This document shows, one piece after another, positions 1 to 12,985 of a DNA stretch of 64,000 nt; within the stretch, counting starts at the first letter, position 1, and each line of letters starts with the position of its first letter. The stretch comes from Chlorokybus atmophyticus (taxonomy: Eukaryota; Plantae; Mesostigma and Chlorokybus algae): positions 379,810 through 443,809 of the forward strand of contig RHPI01000772.1 of NCBI GenBank assembly GCA_009103225.1, given 5' to 3'. The notes beneath the pieces are model-generated. The model saw only the letters and a list, made by a program, of their open reading frames with translations, did no database searches and was not told where the DNA came from. The position numbers were made by a program, and so were the translations under genes.

Positions 1-403
1 GTGCACATTGTTTGTGCGTGCTGCACATACTATGGGTGTGCATGTGTATAATAGAATGCAAGGATTGCAGCATGTAGGCGAGTGTGACACACGCATGAGC
101 AGTCCACTCACCACACCTTGTGTATAAGAAATAGTATGCTACATATGTGCATGCATACTTCACATACCATCGCAGCATCCATGGTATCATGTAGTGCAAT
201 GCCCAGTACACCTGGTGGTCAGGTGCTGATCCGTGCAATGCATGGATGTTGCACAATGTGTTCATGCGTTACACATTGCTTGTGCGCGTTCTCGGTGGAG
301 ACAGGTGACACCGTAGGCCACGAAGCCAGGGTACTTCACGTACACGTGAACCTGCCTGATACATTTATTATACACTACGGCCATCAACATCTATGTACAC
401 ACC

Positions 404-735
404 AACCCCACCACCCAACCCCACCACCGACGCCTAACCGTCAACAGCGACACTGCACAATGCAGGGCTGACAGTGCTAGCAGTCGCCCTGCATACGTGT
501 GCCAGAGGGAGACAGGGCAGAGGGGCGGGGCAAAGGGGCCCTGCCACATCAGCAGCGCCGAGGGTTGCGAACCCCACCACCCAACCCCACCACCAACACC
601 TAACCGTCAGCAGCGACACTGCGCAACGCAGGGCTGACAGTGCTGGCAGTCGCCCTGCATGCGTGTGCCAGAGGGAGACAGGGCAGAGGGCCGGGGCAGA
701 GGGCCCCTGCCACATCAGCAGCGCCGAGGGTTGCG
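404..735. repeat. Tandem duplication, 166-bp unit x2, followed by a GA-rich low-complexity tract
   Basis: aaccccaccacccaaccccaccacc starts at 404 and 570; cagtcgccctgcat at 481 and 647 (same 166-bp offset). Confidence 0.9.
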
Positions 736-1423
736 AGTCTCAGCGACTGCAGCCGCAGAGAAGAGAAGGAGGAGCGGAGGGAGAGAGAGGCGGAGGAGGG
801 AGAGGAGCAGGAGGGGGAGGAAGAGAGGGAGACAGAGGGGAAGGAGGAAGGGAGAGGGAGGGGAAGGGAACTCATGGGCTGCCTGCTGACTGCATTGCCA
901 CTGCTGCACCGCTACATCTGCTGACTGACCGTTGTTAATGCTGCCCATACCCCGTGCAACACACGTGCATGCATGTGTGTTGCACGGGGTATGGGCAGCA
1001 GTGAAGGTAGATAAGTAGTGAACTTGGACATCCCGGTGGTGAATATACGAGTGCAATGGTGTAGTGTGCGGACTGCATGCATATTTGCTACATTCTCATG
1101 CATGCCACAATCCTTGCATACTATATTATACATCAGTCATGATTGCAGGCAGTTGTGATGCAAAGCGAGCCACCATATCATGCTCAGTGAAGCACTTTTT
1201 ATTGCACGATGCCAAAGACAATATGCGAGTGACCTCAGCCTGGCAAACGCTCCATGCATTGCCACACAAGTTGCTAGCACATGTTGAGGGGAGTATGTAC
1301 ACGACATGATGTTCAAGCCTGACATGGACCGTGCAGACCAGCATGCTGGTCTGCATGCTGGTCTGCATGGTCCAACATGTCATACGGTTGGCAGTGAGGA
1401 AAGCGCTGCAACCGGATGAAAGC

Positions 1424-3506
1424 CTATGTTCCCATGAACACCTCTTCCGGCACCATAAACGGAACCCCGATCCGCTGCAACGCCAAGATCATAAGCATCT
1501 TTGTCTGGGTATTGTCCAACAAGCTGTAATGAAAGTGCAACTGGAAAGCAGACTGTGACACTCACTTTGGCAAAGTCCTGATCTGAATCTCCATGGTCTT
1601 GCGGCCGGCCGGCGGCATCACCGACAAAAAACGAGCTGCCGCGAAGGTTGACTTGTTGTCAATAACAATTAAGCAAACTGCAAGTGCGCAAGCTATACAC
1701 CTCTTGAGGTCAGGAGCCACATCTCCATTCCCATGGCGAGCAAAGTACTCCCACATCCCCGTCTCTGGCTTTCTAAAGGGATCTCCACTGGCGCCGCATG
1801 CGACAAAAGCCTGCCCAAATATGTACCGCTTTCAGCTGAGCTCGTGCATAAGGATTGGAATATGCAGCAAACATCATGAATAAACACAGGTGCACTGAGC
1901 AGCAAGTCACAGCACCTGCATTGGGACATCTATGGAGTTCATAAAATTCTGCAAGCGCCCAACTTTGGAGTCGACTGCTTTCTGGCGACTGTTCTTCCAG
2001 CGATCAATGTTGGCTTCATTAGAGAAGATCACCTAAAGCATGGCCACGGGTTGTTGCATTGAGTTCTTTGGGTAGCAGCTGCATGCATGCACTGTCTGCG
2101 CGTGCATACCAACTTGTAGCCTTCTTCATGTAGTGAGCGCAGCTTATCGGGAACGCTTGGATACATCAACTTCCAGTGTTCTGCACCTGTGCTGTAAGCA
2201 AGCAGTCAGTGCCACTTAATGCGAATTGACATATGTTGTGACCATAAGCACTGCCCACGACTGCTGCTCAGCACACGTACAGTGTGTTGCAGCAACCAAG
2301 TTACAGCACAGGTTACATGCTGCAGCTCACCGCCTCACGGAAGTATTGACCAGGCAGCCATCAAAGTCAAAAGCAGCCACTTTGCTGGATGGCTTCGAGC
2401 CCTCGGCCTGTTGTGATTGTGGCGATCAGTGCAGGTACAGCGATGCCTCACTACCACACCAGTAAACTTGTAGTGGTTTCTGATGGTCGCGCAGACTCAC
2501 ACTGAAAATTATGATGGATGCGTACGACATCCACTTTGGAGGAAGCGTTGCACCCTGCCAACAATGGTACCATGTTACAACTCCTGCAGCCAGTGCATGG
2601 TTGTACAACAGCTAACCTCGTATGGCAGTTTGCCACAGAGTACCAATTGTTACCTTATATGTGTCTTGCAATGTGCTTGTGGGTAATGCGGCTGCCTTGG
2701 TGTCCTCAGACGCTATGGCCTGGCCAAGTCCAGTTGTACCTCAGTGAACAAATGTTTGCATAATTAAACACCACGCAGACGAAAACTAGTAACTTGCCAC
2801 AACAGCAGTTTCCGCAATGTCTGCGCTTGCTATTGCGTCCACTGACTCCTTCCGCTTTCGTTTTGGTGCTGCTGCCTTTGGTTTGGCAGCTTCTTCCTTA
2901 GCTGCTGTTATAAGCTCTTGCAAATTCGTCTGATCGGCAGCCTGTATGGAACCATGCCTCAAGGTCTAGCCTTCAGCCTCAGACACTGACACTGAAGGAG
3001 CTATCGGGCTTTCTCCCGAATTTACCTCAAGTTTGTCAAACCCTTCGACGTGGTCCCAGTTGTTGGTGAGTGCCTTGACATGTTTCACCGAACAAAAGCA
3101 ACGGGCGTGGTACCTGCATATAGCAAAATGTAAAGCTGCATGCGCAGATTACTGGTTCTTGACTAGACACATGTTTGGCAGTTTAGCATGCAAAGAGCCA
3201 ACGCCCACCAAGACATCAAGACACCATGGACTTACGGAGGAGATCCGCAGTATCCGCAGTAGACACACGCAACGCATGATGGCGACTTTCCATAGGACAA
3301 GACGGCAGCGTCTACAACGCTAGCAGGCTGTACGACTTAGCCTGGACAGCATGCAGCGCTTACCACCGGACCATGTCGTATCCTGCGCCTGACTCGAAGG
3401 AATGCCCAAGTCTGACTTCATCTTTGCCGATCTTCTCTCCGCAGTCTTTGCAGCCGCTCCGCCCGGTTTTGGCGTACTCCACCGTCAATTTGGCAGGTGC
3501 AGGCAT
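1424..3506 (-). CDS. ZDP: Polynucleotide 3'-phosphatase ZDP homologue (PARP-type zinc finger + HAD PNK3P domain), 11 exons, ~333 aa
   Basis: Spliced model on minus: 3506-3364, 3113-3026, 2941-2798, 2719-2654, 2554-2501, 2407-2331, 2191-2110, 2032-1916, 1810-1701, 1635-1566, 1474-1424; all phases are consistent (1002 nt). Zinc finger EYAKTGRSGCKDC...WYHARCF; phosphatase motifs KVAAFDFDGCLVNT, VIFSNEANIDRWKNSRQKAVDSKVGRL, RKPETGMW, FFVGDAAGR; ends VPEEVFMGT*. Exons 3-4 (linker) are the least certain. Confidence 0.9.
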
Positions 3507-4031
3507 GGTCGAGGAGGATGGCCACTGCCACAGACTTACAGGCCTGCCAGACCAGCACTTACTGCTGCTCCTGCTGCAATACCTCAAGCTACCACCAAAG
3601 CCTACTACTACCTGCAGGCATGCAATCCCTTAACAGCCAACAAGGCAGTGCAATTCCCATAGCACTCACTCACGTTAGCAGCAACAGGAAGGTCTGGCAT
3701 GCACAATTGGTGAAGCTTGACGGTTTGCACAGCTTCTGGGCATGCAGCCATACTATGCATGGCTGACTGCTGTATGGCAAGCCAAGTACCTTCCGAGCAG
3801 AATGCCAGACCGGCTCACGTCGAAACACCAGCTTGGAGGGTAGAATCGAACACGAAGCCGCCTTTGCCCAAAGCATGCACGGACCGAAGCACCGCTTTCA
3901 GCAGTAAAGCAGAATAACAATTGTTGTGCGCAATGCATTATGTTTCGTGCTTCAAGTTGATAATATATAATGCCCGGGATATCTGCCAGGTATTGATATC
4001 AGGGCTGGTCAAGTCTAACTGTAGGCGCCAA

Positions 4032-4153
4032 AAGTGACGCGCACAGCGGGTTTGCTTGCTGGAAGCGCGCCTGGGCATCGGCTTGGCCCTAGAAGTGACG
4101 CGCGCTGTGCGGGACAGGGGATTCGCGCGCCAGGGCAGAGTACCAAACCCTAG
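4032..4153. promoter_or_regulatory. Divergent promoter region between ZDP and VHA-c with two AAGTGACGCGC motifs and a telo-box
   Basis: aagtgacgcgc at 4032-4042 and 4093-4103 (TGACG core); aaaccctag at 4145-4153. Only ~790 bp separate the two start codons. Confidence 0.5.
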
Positions 4154-4299
4154 CCCAAGTCTGGGCTGAGGACAAGCAGAATGTTGGACGTTTGGGGTGT
4201 CAGGCAGGCGGGCGGCAACATCCGCGTCGTGTGCGGCTTGTAGGAGTGTCCATTGCTTTTGTTTCTGTTTGCCTGAGAGTTTCTTGTAGCTACTTCGCC

Positions 4300-5318
4300 A
4301 TGTCTGCCGATTATGGCGATGAGGTCGCTCCCTTCTTCGGCTTCATTGGGGCTGCGTCTGCCCTGGTGTTCTCATGTAAGATCTTGGATCAGTTGCTGCA
4401 CGGTTGTTGACGTTTCTCAAGATGTGCGCGTCGCGCAGTTCACGCCTTACATCAACTGCTTTTGCAGTGGTGCCTGTACGTCGCTCCAGCTCTTAACTTT
4501 TCCTTGTCTGGAGGGCTGCTTGAGTTTTGCCGGCATATCTTTTGTTTTGCGTTCAAGCTCAGTAATAACTTTGCTTGACAGGCATGGGCGCGGCTTATGG
4601 TACCGCCAAGTCCGGCGTTGGTGTGGCGTCCATGGGTGTTATGCGGCCAGAATTGGTGATGAAGTCCATCGTGCCAGTTGTTATGGCTGGTGTGCTGGGT
4701 ATCTACGGCCTTATCATTGCCGTCATCATCACCACAGGCAGTATCCTCTCTGCAGTTTTGCGTGCTGCTTGTTGGTTATTGCATTGCACGAAGGACTCAA
4801 TGAGCGCATGATGTGTAGACTCCAGTGTAACTGCAGTCCATATATCATGGGCTTGGTGCTGTTGCTATTGAGCCCATGATTGCATCACTGCAGTTCACGT
4901 TTCACATATGGTGCACCCCTTCCTGCAGTATTTCCTTGACCAATTGCCCGACAGTTTCTCCCGCAAAGACCCCGTATTATCTCTTTGATGGTTACGCGCA
5001 TCTTGCCTCCGGTCTTTCTTGCGGTTTGGCAGGACTTTCAGCTGGCATGGCTATTGGTATCGTCGGAGATGCTGGCGTGCGGTAAGTGTTCTGTTGCCTG
5101 CATCTTACTCTCACTGGTGCGGTATGCCTTGCTTGGTTAACATTACCATTGTCATCATGCTGCTTATGCGGTGTTCCCGTGTTGGCAGGGCCAATGCCCA
5201 GCAACCCAAGCTGTTCGTGGGCATGATTCTTATTCTTATTTTCGCTGAAGCTCTGGCGCTGTATGGGCTGATTGTTGGCATCATTCTGTCTTCACGCTCA
5301 GGCTCATCCCGGGGTTAA
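4300..5318 (+). CDS. VHA-c: V-type H+-ATPase 16-kDa proteolipid subunit c, 4 exons
   Basis: Exons 4300-4375, 4582-4740, 4955-5081, 5189-5318 with GT-AG introns. Translation includes [90 protein letters not shown] with the conserved Glu. Confidence 0.97.
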
Positions 5319-6515
5319 GCTTGGTGTACACCGCTGGCATTGTTGCTTTGACTGCATTATGCACTGAGAGCAACAGGGCAGCTGACTCTGCTAGGCTATC
5401 AGATGTGCTGCGCAGCTCCGTGTAGGTGCTGTATCATAGCATGTGTTGAAAGTTGGCGTAGCGCATGTTAGCATACAGTAACAGGCGCCAGCCCAATGAT
5501 CTTGCCATAAAGCTATCCAGTTGCATGCATTCACAAAGTTTATGAAGCTGCACTCGATCATGCAAGTTATGTTTGTATTTACCTTGCGTCGTCTGATAGT
5601 GGTTGCAGTAGGTGTTGGCACATTTTGCAGGATAAGCAGGAGGCTACTAAAAGCATGCATTTCAGCGCCGTGCATGACATGTAACACACCCCACGCACCT
5701 CAATGCTGCATGCCCAACCACCGGGCTGACTATATCGATACTCTACCTGCTCCTATCGCCCCCCCGTTAGTCATGCATGCATAGGCGAAACTGAGTGACT
5801 GTCTGACCCACACCCTCCACAACTCATACAACCTAAGCGACGTGGCATGGTAGTGTGGTGGGGGTGCAAATTAGTATCAGGCAAGCAAAGGCAGTTGCAA
5901 ATACGATAGCTGGTTGGCCCCAAGTAACTTGGGTAAGGATCACAAAAGGATGCAAGGGGAGCAATAGCGCCTCACCTACACAAAAGTGCCATAGTGAGAG
6001 ACCTGCCAAGGGCAACTGTTCATCATGGCTTGCACCTCCTTGTATACCGCCGACTCCGGACTTTTTTGGGCTGCTCACGCTTGCAACAGTTGGGCTACTT
6101 GCGAGGAATGGAAGAAGACTCACAATGGCTGATGCCCAGACACGAGTGACAGTTTCACAATGGGGGGGGGGGGGGTAAAGGAACACCCAACTATGCCAAC
6201 AATTAGTGGCAGAACCAAGCACATAGCAAGCACTTGACTAATCCAACCAGTGCATAGGTAATACGCTGTACTCAATCACGCACATAGGTAAAATAATGAA
6301 ATAGTTGCAAGCTAGCTCGATGGTTGTGTTTAGTGGTATGATTGATGAGTGTAGACAATGTGTTGCTGTTGAGTTGGCATGTAAACACGGCATGTGTGAC
6401 CTTGCATGCACGAAACCCCTATTCCACCTTTTACACACACACACACACGCGTGCTCAGTGCGGAGACACATGGTTGTGTACACAACCAAAAAAGACCAGG
6501 TACAGCAAGCAAGCG

Positions 6516-6801
6516 AAAAACATGACACGGAACTTTTACCTACTCTACACCTCAATAAGTGCCACATGTGCTATGCACGTTTGATGCAGCAGCAGGAGGC
6601 TGTAGCAGCAGCCAACGGCTTAACCAACTTGTGAAGCACATGCAGTAAACGAAGGTGAAAAACATGACCCGGAACTTTTACCTACTCTACACCTCAATAA
6701 GTGCCATATGTGCTATGCAAGTTTGATGCAGCAGCAAGAGGCAGTAGCAGCAGCCAACGGCTTAACCAACTTGTGGAAGCACATGCAGTAGACGAAGGTG
6801 A
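6516..6801. repeat. Tandem duplication, ~142-bp unit x2
   Basis: catgac(a/c)cggaacttttacctactctacacctcaataagtgcc at 6521 and 6663. Confidence 0.9.
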
Positions 6802-7753
6802 GTCCTTTAGAAGCGTAGCGGCAGTGGCGTGCAGCAAGGAAAGAGCAGTAAAATAAGTGCGATGATGTGCAATGATGTGCTGTATGTTCAGCCGCCCTTC
6901 CCACACGTCAACCCCACGTCACATCGACCCCCCACTGGTGTATGGCATACATGCATTAATGGCAGTGATGGTAGTCACCTCGAGCTCCTTATGTACAGCT
7001 GCCAACCTCTTCAGTTGTGCAGTATTTGAATGCTACGAAATGAGGGATTTTCAGGTCACGTCAGCAAGGCGCTGATGGTTGAGGATTTCGTATGGATTTA
7101 TGCAGAAATTGTAATATCGATAGCTGGCATTGGTATCAGGTTCAGTTGTCCTTGTATTTAAGACTTGTAAGCTATGTAGCATATACACAAATATTTAAAA
7201 TAGTGTATTCAACTTTGGTACAATACGTAATTGCCTTTGACATATACCACACGTGGTGAGTGGTGTGACTACGAACGCGGTTGGTTAAGGTGACAACCCT
7301 TGAGAACTCCATCGCGGTAAACACATGCAAGTGTTCAATTGGAAGGTTCGCTACTACCTTTGACAATAGACCACAACCGCCACGAACATAGCACTACCAC
7401 ATGTGGCTAGGACCAGGCAAACACGTAGGCATTGATGACCAACAGTAGCAGCAGCGACAATGGTTGCACAGATGTAAAGAGTAGTGCATACTTGGCCGGG
7501 TTGGCTCGATCCCTTTTAAGGCATTGAGCATGTGTCGGGCTTCGCGGGGTCGAGGGCTGGTGTGTCTCGAGCGGTTGAGCTGTAGCTGGTAGCAGCACAA
7601 TGCTCCGTGCAGATGATCAGCACATATACACATATGGTGGTATATATGCAGAAAGGCATGTGAGAAAGCAAACAAAGTACCCCCCTGTTGAGGATACTTA
7701 CAGTATGGAAATTGCATGATGATTCCGTGTGGTATGGCTGACACTGTCGCGGA

Positions 7754-10700
7754 TGTTGAGAGTCATTCCTACATACGATCAGCATTGACCCTCCACACAG
7801 GAGTAGAAGGTCATAAGGACGAGCACTAGGTCCGGACTTAGCAAGATGGTGTCGTCGGACCAGACTCCGGACTCCAGACTGGAGCCTTACTAATTGCTTC
7901 GTATCTCCGCGTATACTTACTCATATTAGGCGTGTAAGAGCTTGTTGAAAAGCTCTGGTTGCAAGGAAGATAACACAGCTTAGAGCGCGTCAAAAGGCTG
8001 AGTATAGCTTACGCAGTGCTTGCAAACGTAGACGTGTGTGTAACTGGCTGGTATAAGAACCAGCGGACAACTTGTAATAGATGAGTGTGATGTGACTTGT
8101 GTATGCTCTGGTGGCGGTAGCTCTGTCTCTGTGCATCCATGCTTGCCTCAGCTACACGTGCATGCTAGTCCTTCAACAGGTTATGGGCCCACACTACGCT
8201 TGAGGAGTGTGAGACTAGCTTGTGTGCATTAGTAGTTCTACACTACGGTAGCTTGTTGGTAGCAGAGCCTTGGGTGTCAACTGCAAGAAAGGCAGGCTCG
8301 ACAGAAATGGAGGCGACCTACGACAAGGGGCAGATTGCAAAACTGGACACCGACAACTACAACACACGGTGCGTGGAGATGAAGGCCTTGCTCATCCATA
8401 AGTAGGTGTGGAAGTACGTTGATCCGAAGGCACCACCACCACCACCAGGAGCGAACACTGTGTGGTCAGAGCATTCAGCGGAAGCACACTCTTTGCTTGT
8501 GTTGAATTGCAAACCGCATCACTTTCCCATGCTCACTGCATGTGAAGATGGTAGACAAGCTTGGGAAAAGCTATCAGCCGTTTTCAGAGCCAAGAACAAT
8601 GCCAGAAAGTTGCATCTACGCAAGCAGCTCAGCGCACTCAGGAAGGAGGCAGCAGAACCCATCACAAAATATGTTGCGCGCACGAGAGAGCTGTGGGCGG
8701 ACCTCATCAACGTCGGCCACAACATGGGGGAGACGGAGGTAGTGCTGGCCATTGTTGCAGGGCTACCAGCAGAGTACGAGGTCGTCGCAACCCTGCTGGA
8801 GACGTCATCATCGGAGTTGACGTTGGACGATGTGCTACCGAAGCTGCTCACCGTGGAGCAGAGGGTTGTGAAGAAGGACGAGCAAGCGGATGCCGTCGCC
8901 TTCTACACCGGCAAGCACGCAAAGAAGAGCAACCATGAAGAGAAGTACAAGGGCAACAAGCCAGGCAATCCTCGTCACAAAGACCTCACATGCCATTGGT
9001 GTGGTTGGAAGGGGCACATTGTGAAGGATTGCAGGAAGAAACAACAGGGGCAACCCAGAGCAAGCACCAGCAACAGCGGTAACGAGCACCAACACAAGAA
9101 GAAACATATTGCCTTCACTGCATCCAGTTCGAGGGCGAGCACAGCTTTCTGGGTGGTGGACTCTGGCTGCGATCGTCATCTCTCACCAAACAAGGAGGTG
9201 ATGGAGGGCTACAAGAAGCTGACGTTCATGATCAAGGTGGCGGGCTTCGATGGTGAAATACTGGTGGCTGAGGGAGTTGGCAATGTACGACTCCAGTGCA
9301 AGGTTGGTAACACACTACCTGAGGTGTTGTTACGCAACGTTCTGCATGTCCCAAAGGCTATTGCGAGTCTATTCTCTGTGAGGGTTGCGGAGCGCTTAGG
9401 CGCGGAGATCCTATTTCAACACAAGGAGAAACATATCGCCTTCACTGCATCCAGTTCGAGGGCGAGCACAGCTTTCTGGGTGGTGGACTCTGGCTGCGAT
9501 CGTCATCTCTCACCAAACAAGGAGGTGATGGAGGGCTACAAGAAGCTGACGTTCATGATCAAGGTGGCGGGCTTCGGTGGTGAAATACTGGAGGCTGAGG
9601 GAGTTGGCAATGTACGACTCCAGTGCAAGGTTGGTAACACACTACGTGAGGTGTTGTTACGCAACGTTCTGCATGTCCCAAAGGCTATTGCGAGTCTATT
9701 CTCTGTGAGGGTTGCGGAGCGCTTAGGCGCGGAGATCCTATTTTTGAAGGGTGGCTGCACAGTCATCCTTGATGGGGTCGTGCACATGGTTGGAATCACT
9801 GATCCGGGAGGGCTCTACCACGTGGAGCAGCACTATAGAAACATTGACATTCAAGCCATGGTGGTAAAAGACAAGGAGTCGCCAACATTGTGGCATCAAA
9901 GGTTCGGGCATCTCAGCTACGTCAACCTCACTCGCCTTGTCGAGAAGATGGTCAAGGGCATCCATCTCAGCACAGAAGAACTCAAGAATGCATCAGGTGC
10001 ACTTTGTGAACCATGCCTGGTTGCAAAGCAGCATGCTATGCCATTCCCATCATCCTCTTCAAGCAGTCAGCATCCTTGTGAGCTTGTGCACATGGATGTC
10101 TGTGGCCCTATGCGCATTGTGGCGAAGGGAAGGGTCAGGTACTTTGCTACATTCCTCGACGACTGCAGCAAGCTATCCGTCATCTTTCCGTTGACACTGA
10201 AGTCAGAAGTTGCTGGAGCTGTGCGCACAGTTGTGGCCTTGTTGGAGACCCAGTCTGGCAACAAGATGAAGGCAGTGAGGAGTGATCGAGGAGGGGAGTA
10301 CATCAACAAGGAGTTGAAGGAGTTCTTCGCCAGTAAGGGCATACGCCACGAGACAACGGCACCCTACACCCCGCAGCAGAATGGAGCAGCTGAACGCCTC
10401 AGCAGGACACTCTTGGAGCGTGTTCGAGCCATGCTCAACGACACAAAAATGGAAGACAGTTTGTGGAAGGAGGCGGTACTCACTGCCAACTACATCCGCA
10501 ACAGGTCTCCGGTGAGCTCAGAGCAGAAGACTCCGTGGGAGCACTTCTATGGAGCCACACCAGATGTGAGTGGTATGCGTGTGTTTGGATGCACGGCATA
10601 TGCACTAGTGCCTAAACAGCTCAGGCACAAGCTGGAGCCGGTCAGCAAGAAGGGCATCTTTGTTGTCTATGAACCGGGTTCCAAGGCTTACAGGATCTTG

Positions 10701-12985
10701 CTCGAGGACACTCAGAAGATCATTGCAAGCAGAGAGGTGGTTTTCCACGAGGGATTCTCACAACCAGAAGCAGGCTTCTTTCCTGAAGATGAAGCACAGC
10801 CGGAGCATCCTGAAACAGTGGAGGCTACAGGCAAGGCCATCATCAACGACAAGGGTGAGCAGGACTCAGCTGTAGCAGGCCAAGAGGAGCCGTACCAGCA
10901 GGAGCACGCAGCTCGGAGATACCCAGTGAGGGAGAGAAAGGCACCTGACTTCTTACACAAGGCACACGTCGCCAGTGTGCAGAATGAGGAGCCAAGCACC
11001 TACGAGGAGGCATTGTTAGCACCAGATGCGGAGCAATGGCAGCGTGCTATGGACGAGGAGATTGCGTCACTCCATGCCAACAACACTTGGTCACTGGAGC
11101 AGTTACCGCAAGGAGTAAAGACCATTCCAGTGAAATGGGTCTTTAAGGTGAAGCGTGATGGTCAGCGCAACATTAAGCGCTACAAGGCAAGACTGGTGGC
11201 AAAGGGCTTCTTGCAGCAGGAAGGTGTGGACTTCAACGAAGTGTTTGCACCTGCAAGTAAGCATACCACCTTCCGTGCACTGCTAGCTATGGTTGCTGCT
11301 GAAGACCTAGAGCTGCATCACCTGGATGTGAAGACTGCCTTCCTCAACGGAGAGCTGGAGAAGGAGATCTTCATCGAGCAACCACCTGGATATGAAGAAG
11401 GGGAGAGAGGTACAGCGTGCAAGCTGATCAAGGCACTGTACGGGCTGCGACAGGCACCGCGTATATGGCACATCAAGCTCACCAAGGAGCTGGAGGCACT
11501 TGGCTTCACCGCATCCTCTGCAGACCCCGGGCTCTTCATCCATACAGACAACAAGGTCTGGCTGCTCGTGTATGTTGTTGATATCATCATTACCGCCAGG
11601 TAGGTGCACCACCTGCAGGAGATGAAACTTGCTCTACAGCAAGCATTCTCAGTTCGTGATCTTGGAGAGGCCAAGTGGTTCCTTGGCATGGTGATTGAGC
11701 GCGACAGGGCTGCACGCACAATCAAGATCAGTCAGGAGCAGATGGTGAGAAGACTCGTCACCAAGTTTGGGCTCACTGAAGCGAAGACCAAGACCACACC
11801 GTTGGCACTTGGCACTGCCCTCATCAAGGCAAAGGATGAGGAGGTACTCGACAAGGCTCAGTATCCATATGGTGAGCTGGTAGGCAGCATGCTCTATCTG
11901 GCAGTGTGCACACGTCCCGATGTTGCACATGCTGTGGGAGTACTTGCTCGCTATATGTCTGCACCGAGCATGGAGCACTGGAGAGCAGCAAAAGGAGTAC
12001 TACGCTATGTTGCTGCGAGCGCAACAATTGGCATCAAGTTTGGGAGCGGGAGCACTGAGTTGGAGGGCTACTGCGACTCGGACTTTGCTGGTGACCTCAA
12101 CAGCAGGAGGTCCACTACAGGCTACGTCTTCAAGCTGAACGGAGGCGTGGTGAGCTGGAACAGCAGGCTGCAGCCAACAACAGCAGCATCTACATCAGAG
12201 GCTGAGTACATGGCAGCGGCAGCAGCAGTGAAGGAGGCACTCTGGCTTCGCAAGCTCATGGCAGACTTGGAGCACCCCATGGCGTGCATCGTCATCAACT
12301 GTGACAACCAAGGAGCCATCAAGTTGTTAAAGCACCCTATCGCCTCGGCAAGGACGAAGCACATTGATGTCATGCATCACTTTGTGCGTGACAGAGTCAC
12401 AAGGAAAGAGGTGGAGTTCCGGTACTGCAACACTGAGGGCATGCTGGCGGACTTCATGACAAAGCCATTGTCACCGCTCAAGTTCAAGACTTGTTGCGCA
12501 GGACTTGGCATCTGTGTTTGACTACAGGAGCAAGCGTTGGAGGTCAAGCTGCTCGCGTGGGAGTGTTGAGAGTCATTCCTACATACGATCAGCATCGACC
12601 CTCCACACAGGAGTAGAAGGTCGTAAGGATGAGCACTAGGTCCGGACTTAGCAAGATGGCGTCGGACCAGACTCCGGACTCCAGACTGGAGCCTTACTAA
12701 TTGCTTCGTATCTCCGCGTATACTTACTCATATTAGGCGTGTAAGAGCTTGTTGAAAAGCTCTGGTTGCAAGGAAGATAACACAGCTTAGAGCGCGTCAA
12801 AAGGCTGAGTATAGCTTACGCAGTGCTTGCAAACGTAGACGTGTGTGTAACTGGCTGGTATAAGAACCAGCGGACAACTTGTAATAGATGAATGTGATGT
12901 GACTTGTGTATGCTCTGGTGGCGGTAGCTCTGTCTCTGTGCATCCATGCTTGCCTCAGCTACACGTGCATGCTAGTCCTTCAACA
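7754..12985 (+). mobile_element. Ty1/copia LTR retrotransposon, full length but inactivated
   Basis: LTRs 7754-8178 and 12564-12985 (TGTTG...CAACA); PBS GGTTATGGGCCC directly after the 5' LTR (copia-type half-tRNAiMet primer site); PPT-like cgcgtgggag before the 3' LTR; gag-PR-IN-RT-RH domain order. Confidence 0.97.
8307..12521 (+). pseudogene. copia gag-pol polyprotein with two in-frame TAG stops and a mutated RT catalytic motif
   Basis: ATG at 8307; TAG at 8403-8405 and 11601-11603. CCHC knuckle CHWCGWKGHIVKDC, protease WVVDSG (twice), integrase HQRFGH...CEPC and D,D35E, RT YVVD instead of YVDD, RNase H YCDSDFAG. Confidence 0.93.

Noticed and set aside
7038-7140. LTR end plus TGGTATCAG PBS near 7130; a short similarity to 49314-49370
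   Set aside because: The ~60-bp similarity looks real, but no element boundaries, coding remnant or TSD could be defined.
8403-11603. Programmed read-through at the two copia TAG codons
   Set aside because: The stops lie inside gag and inside RT, not at a gag-pol junction, and YVDD is also mutated to YVVD; simple decay explains them.
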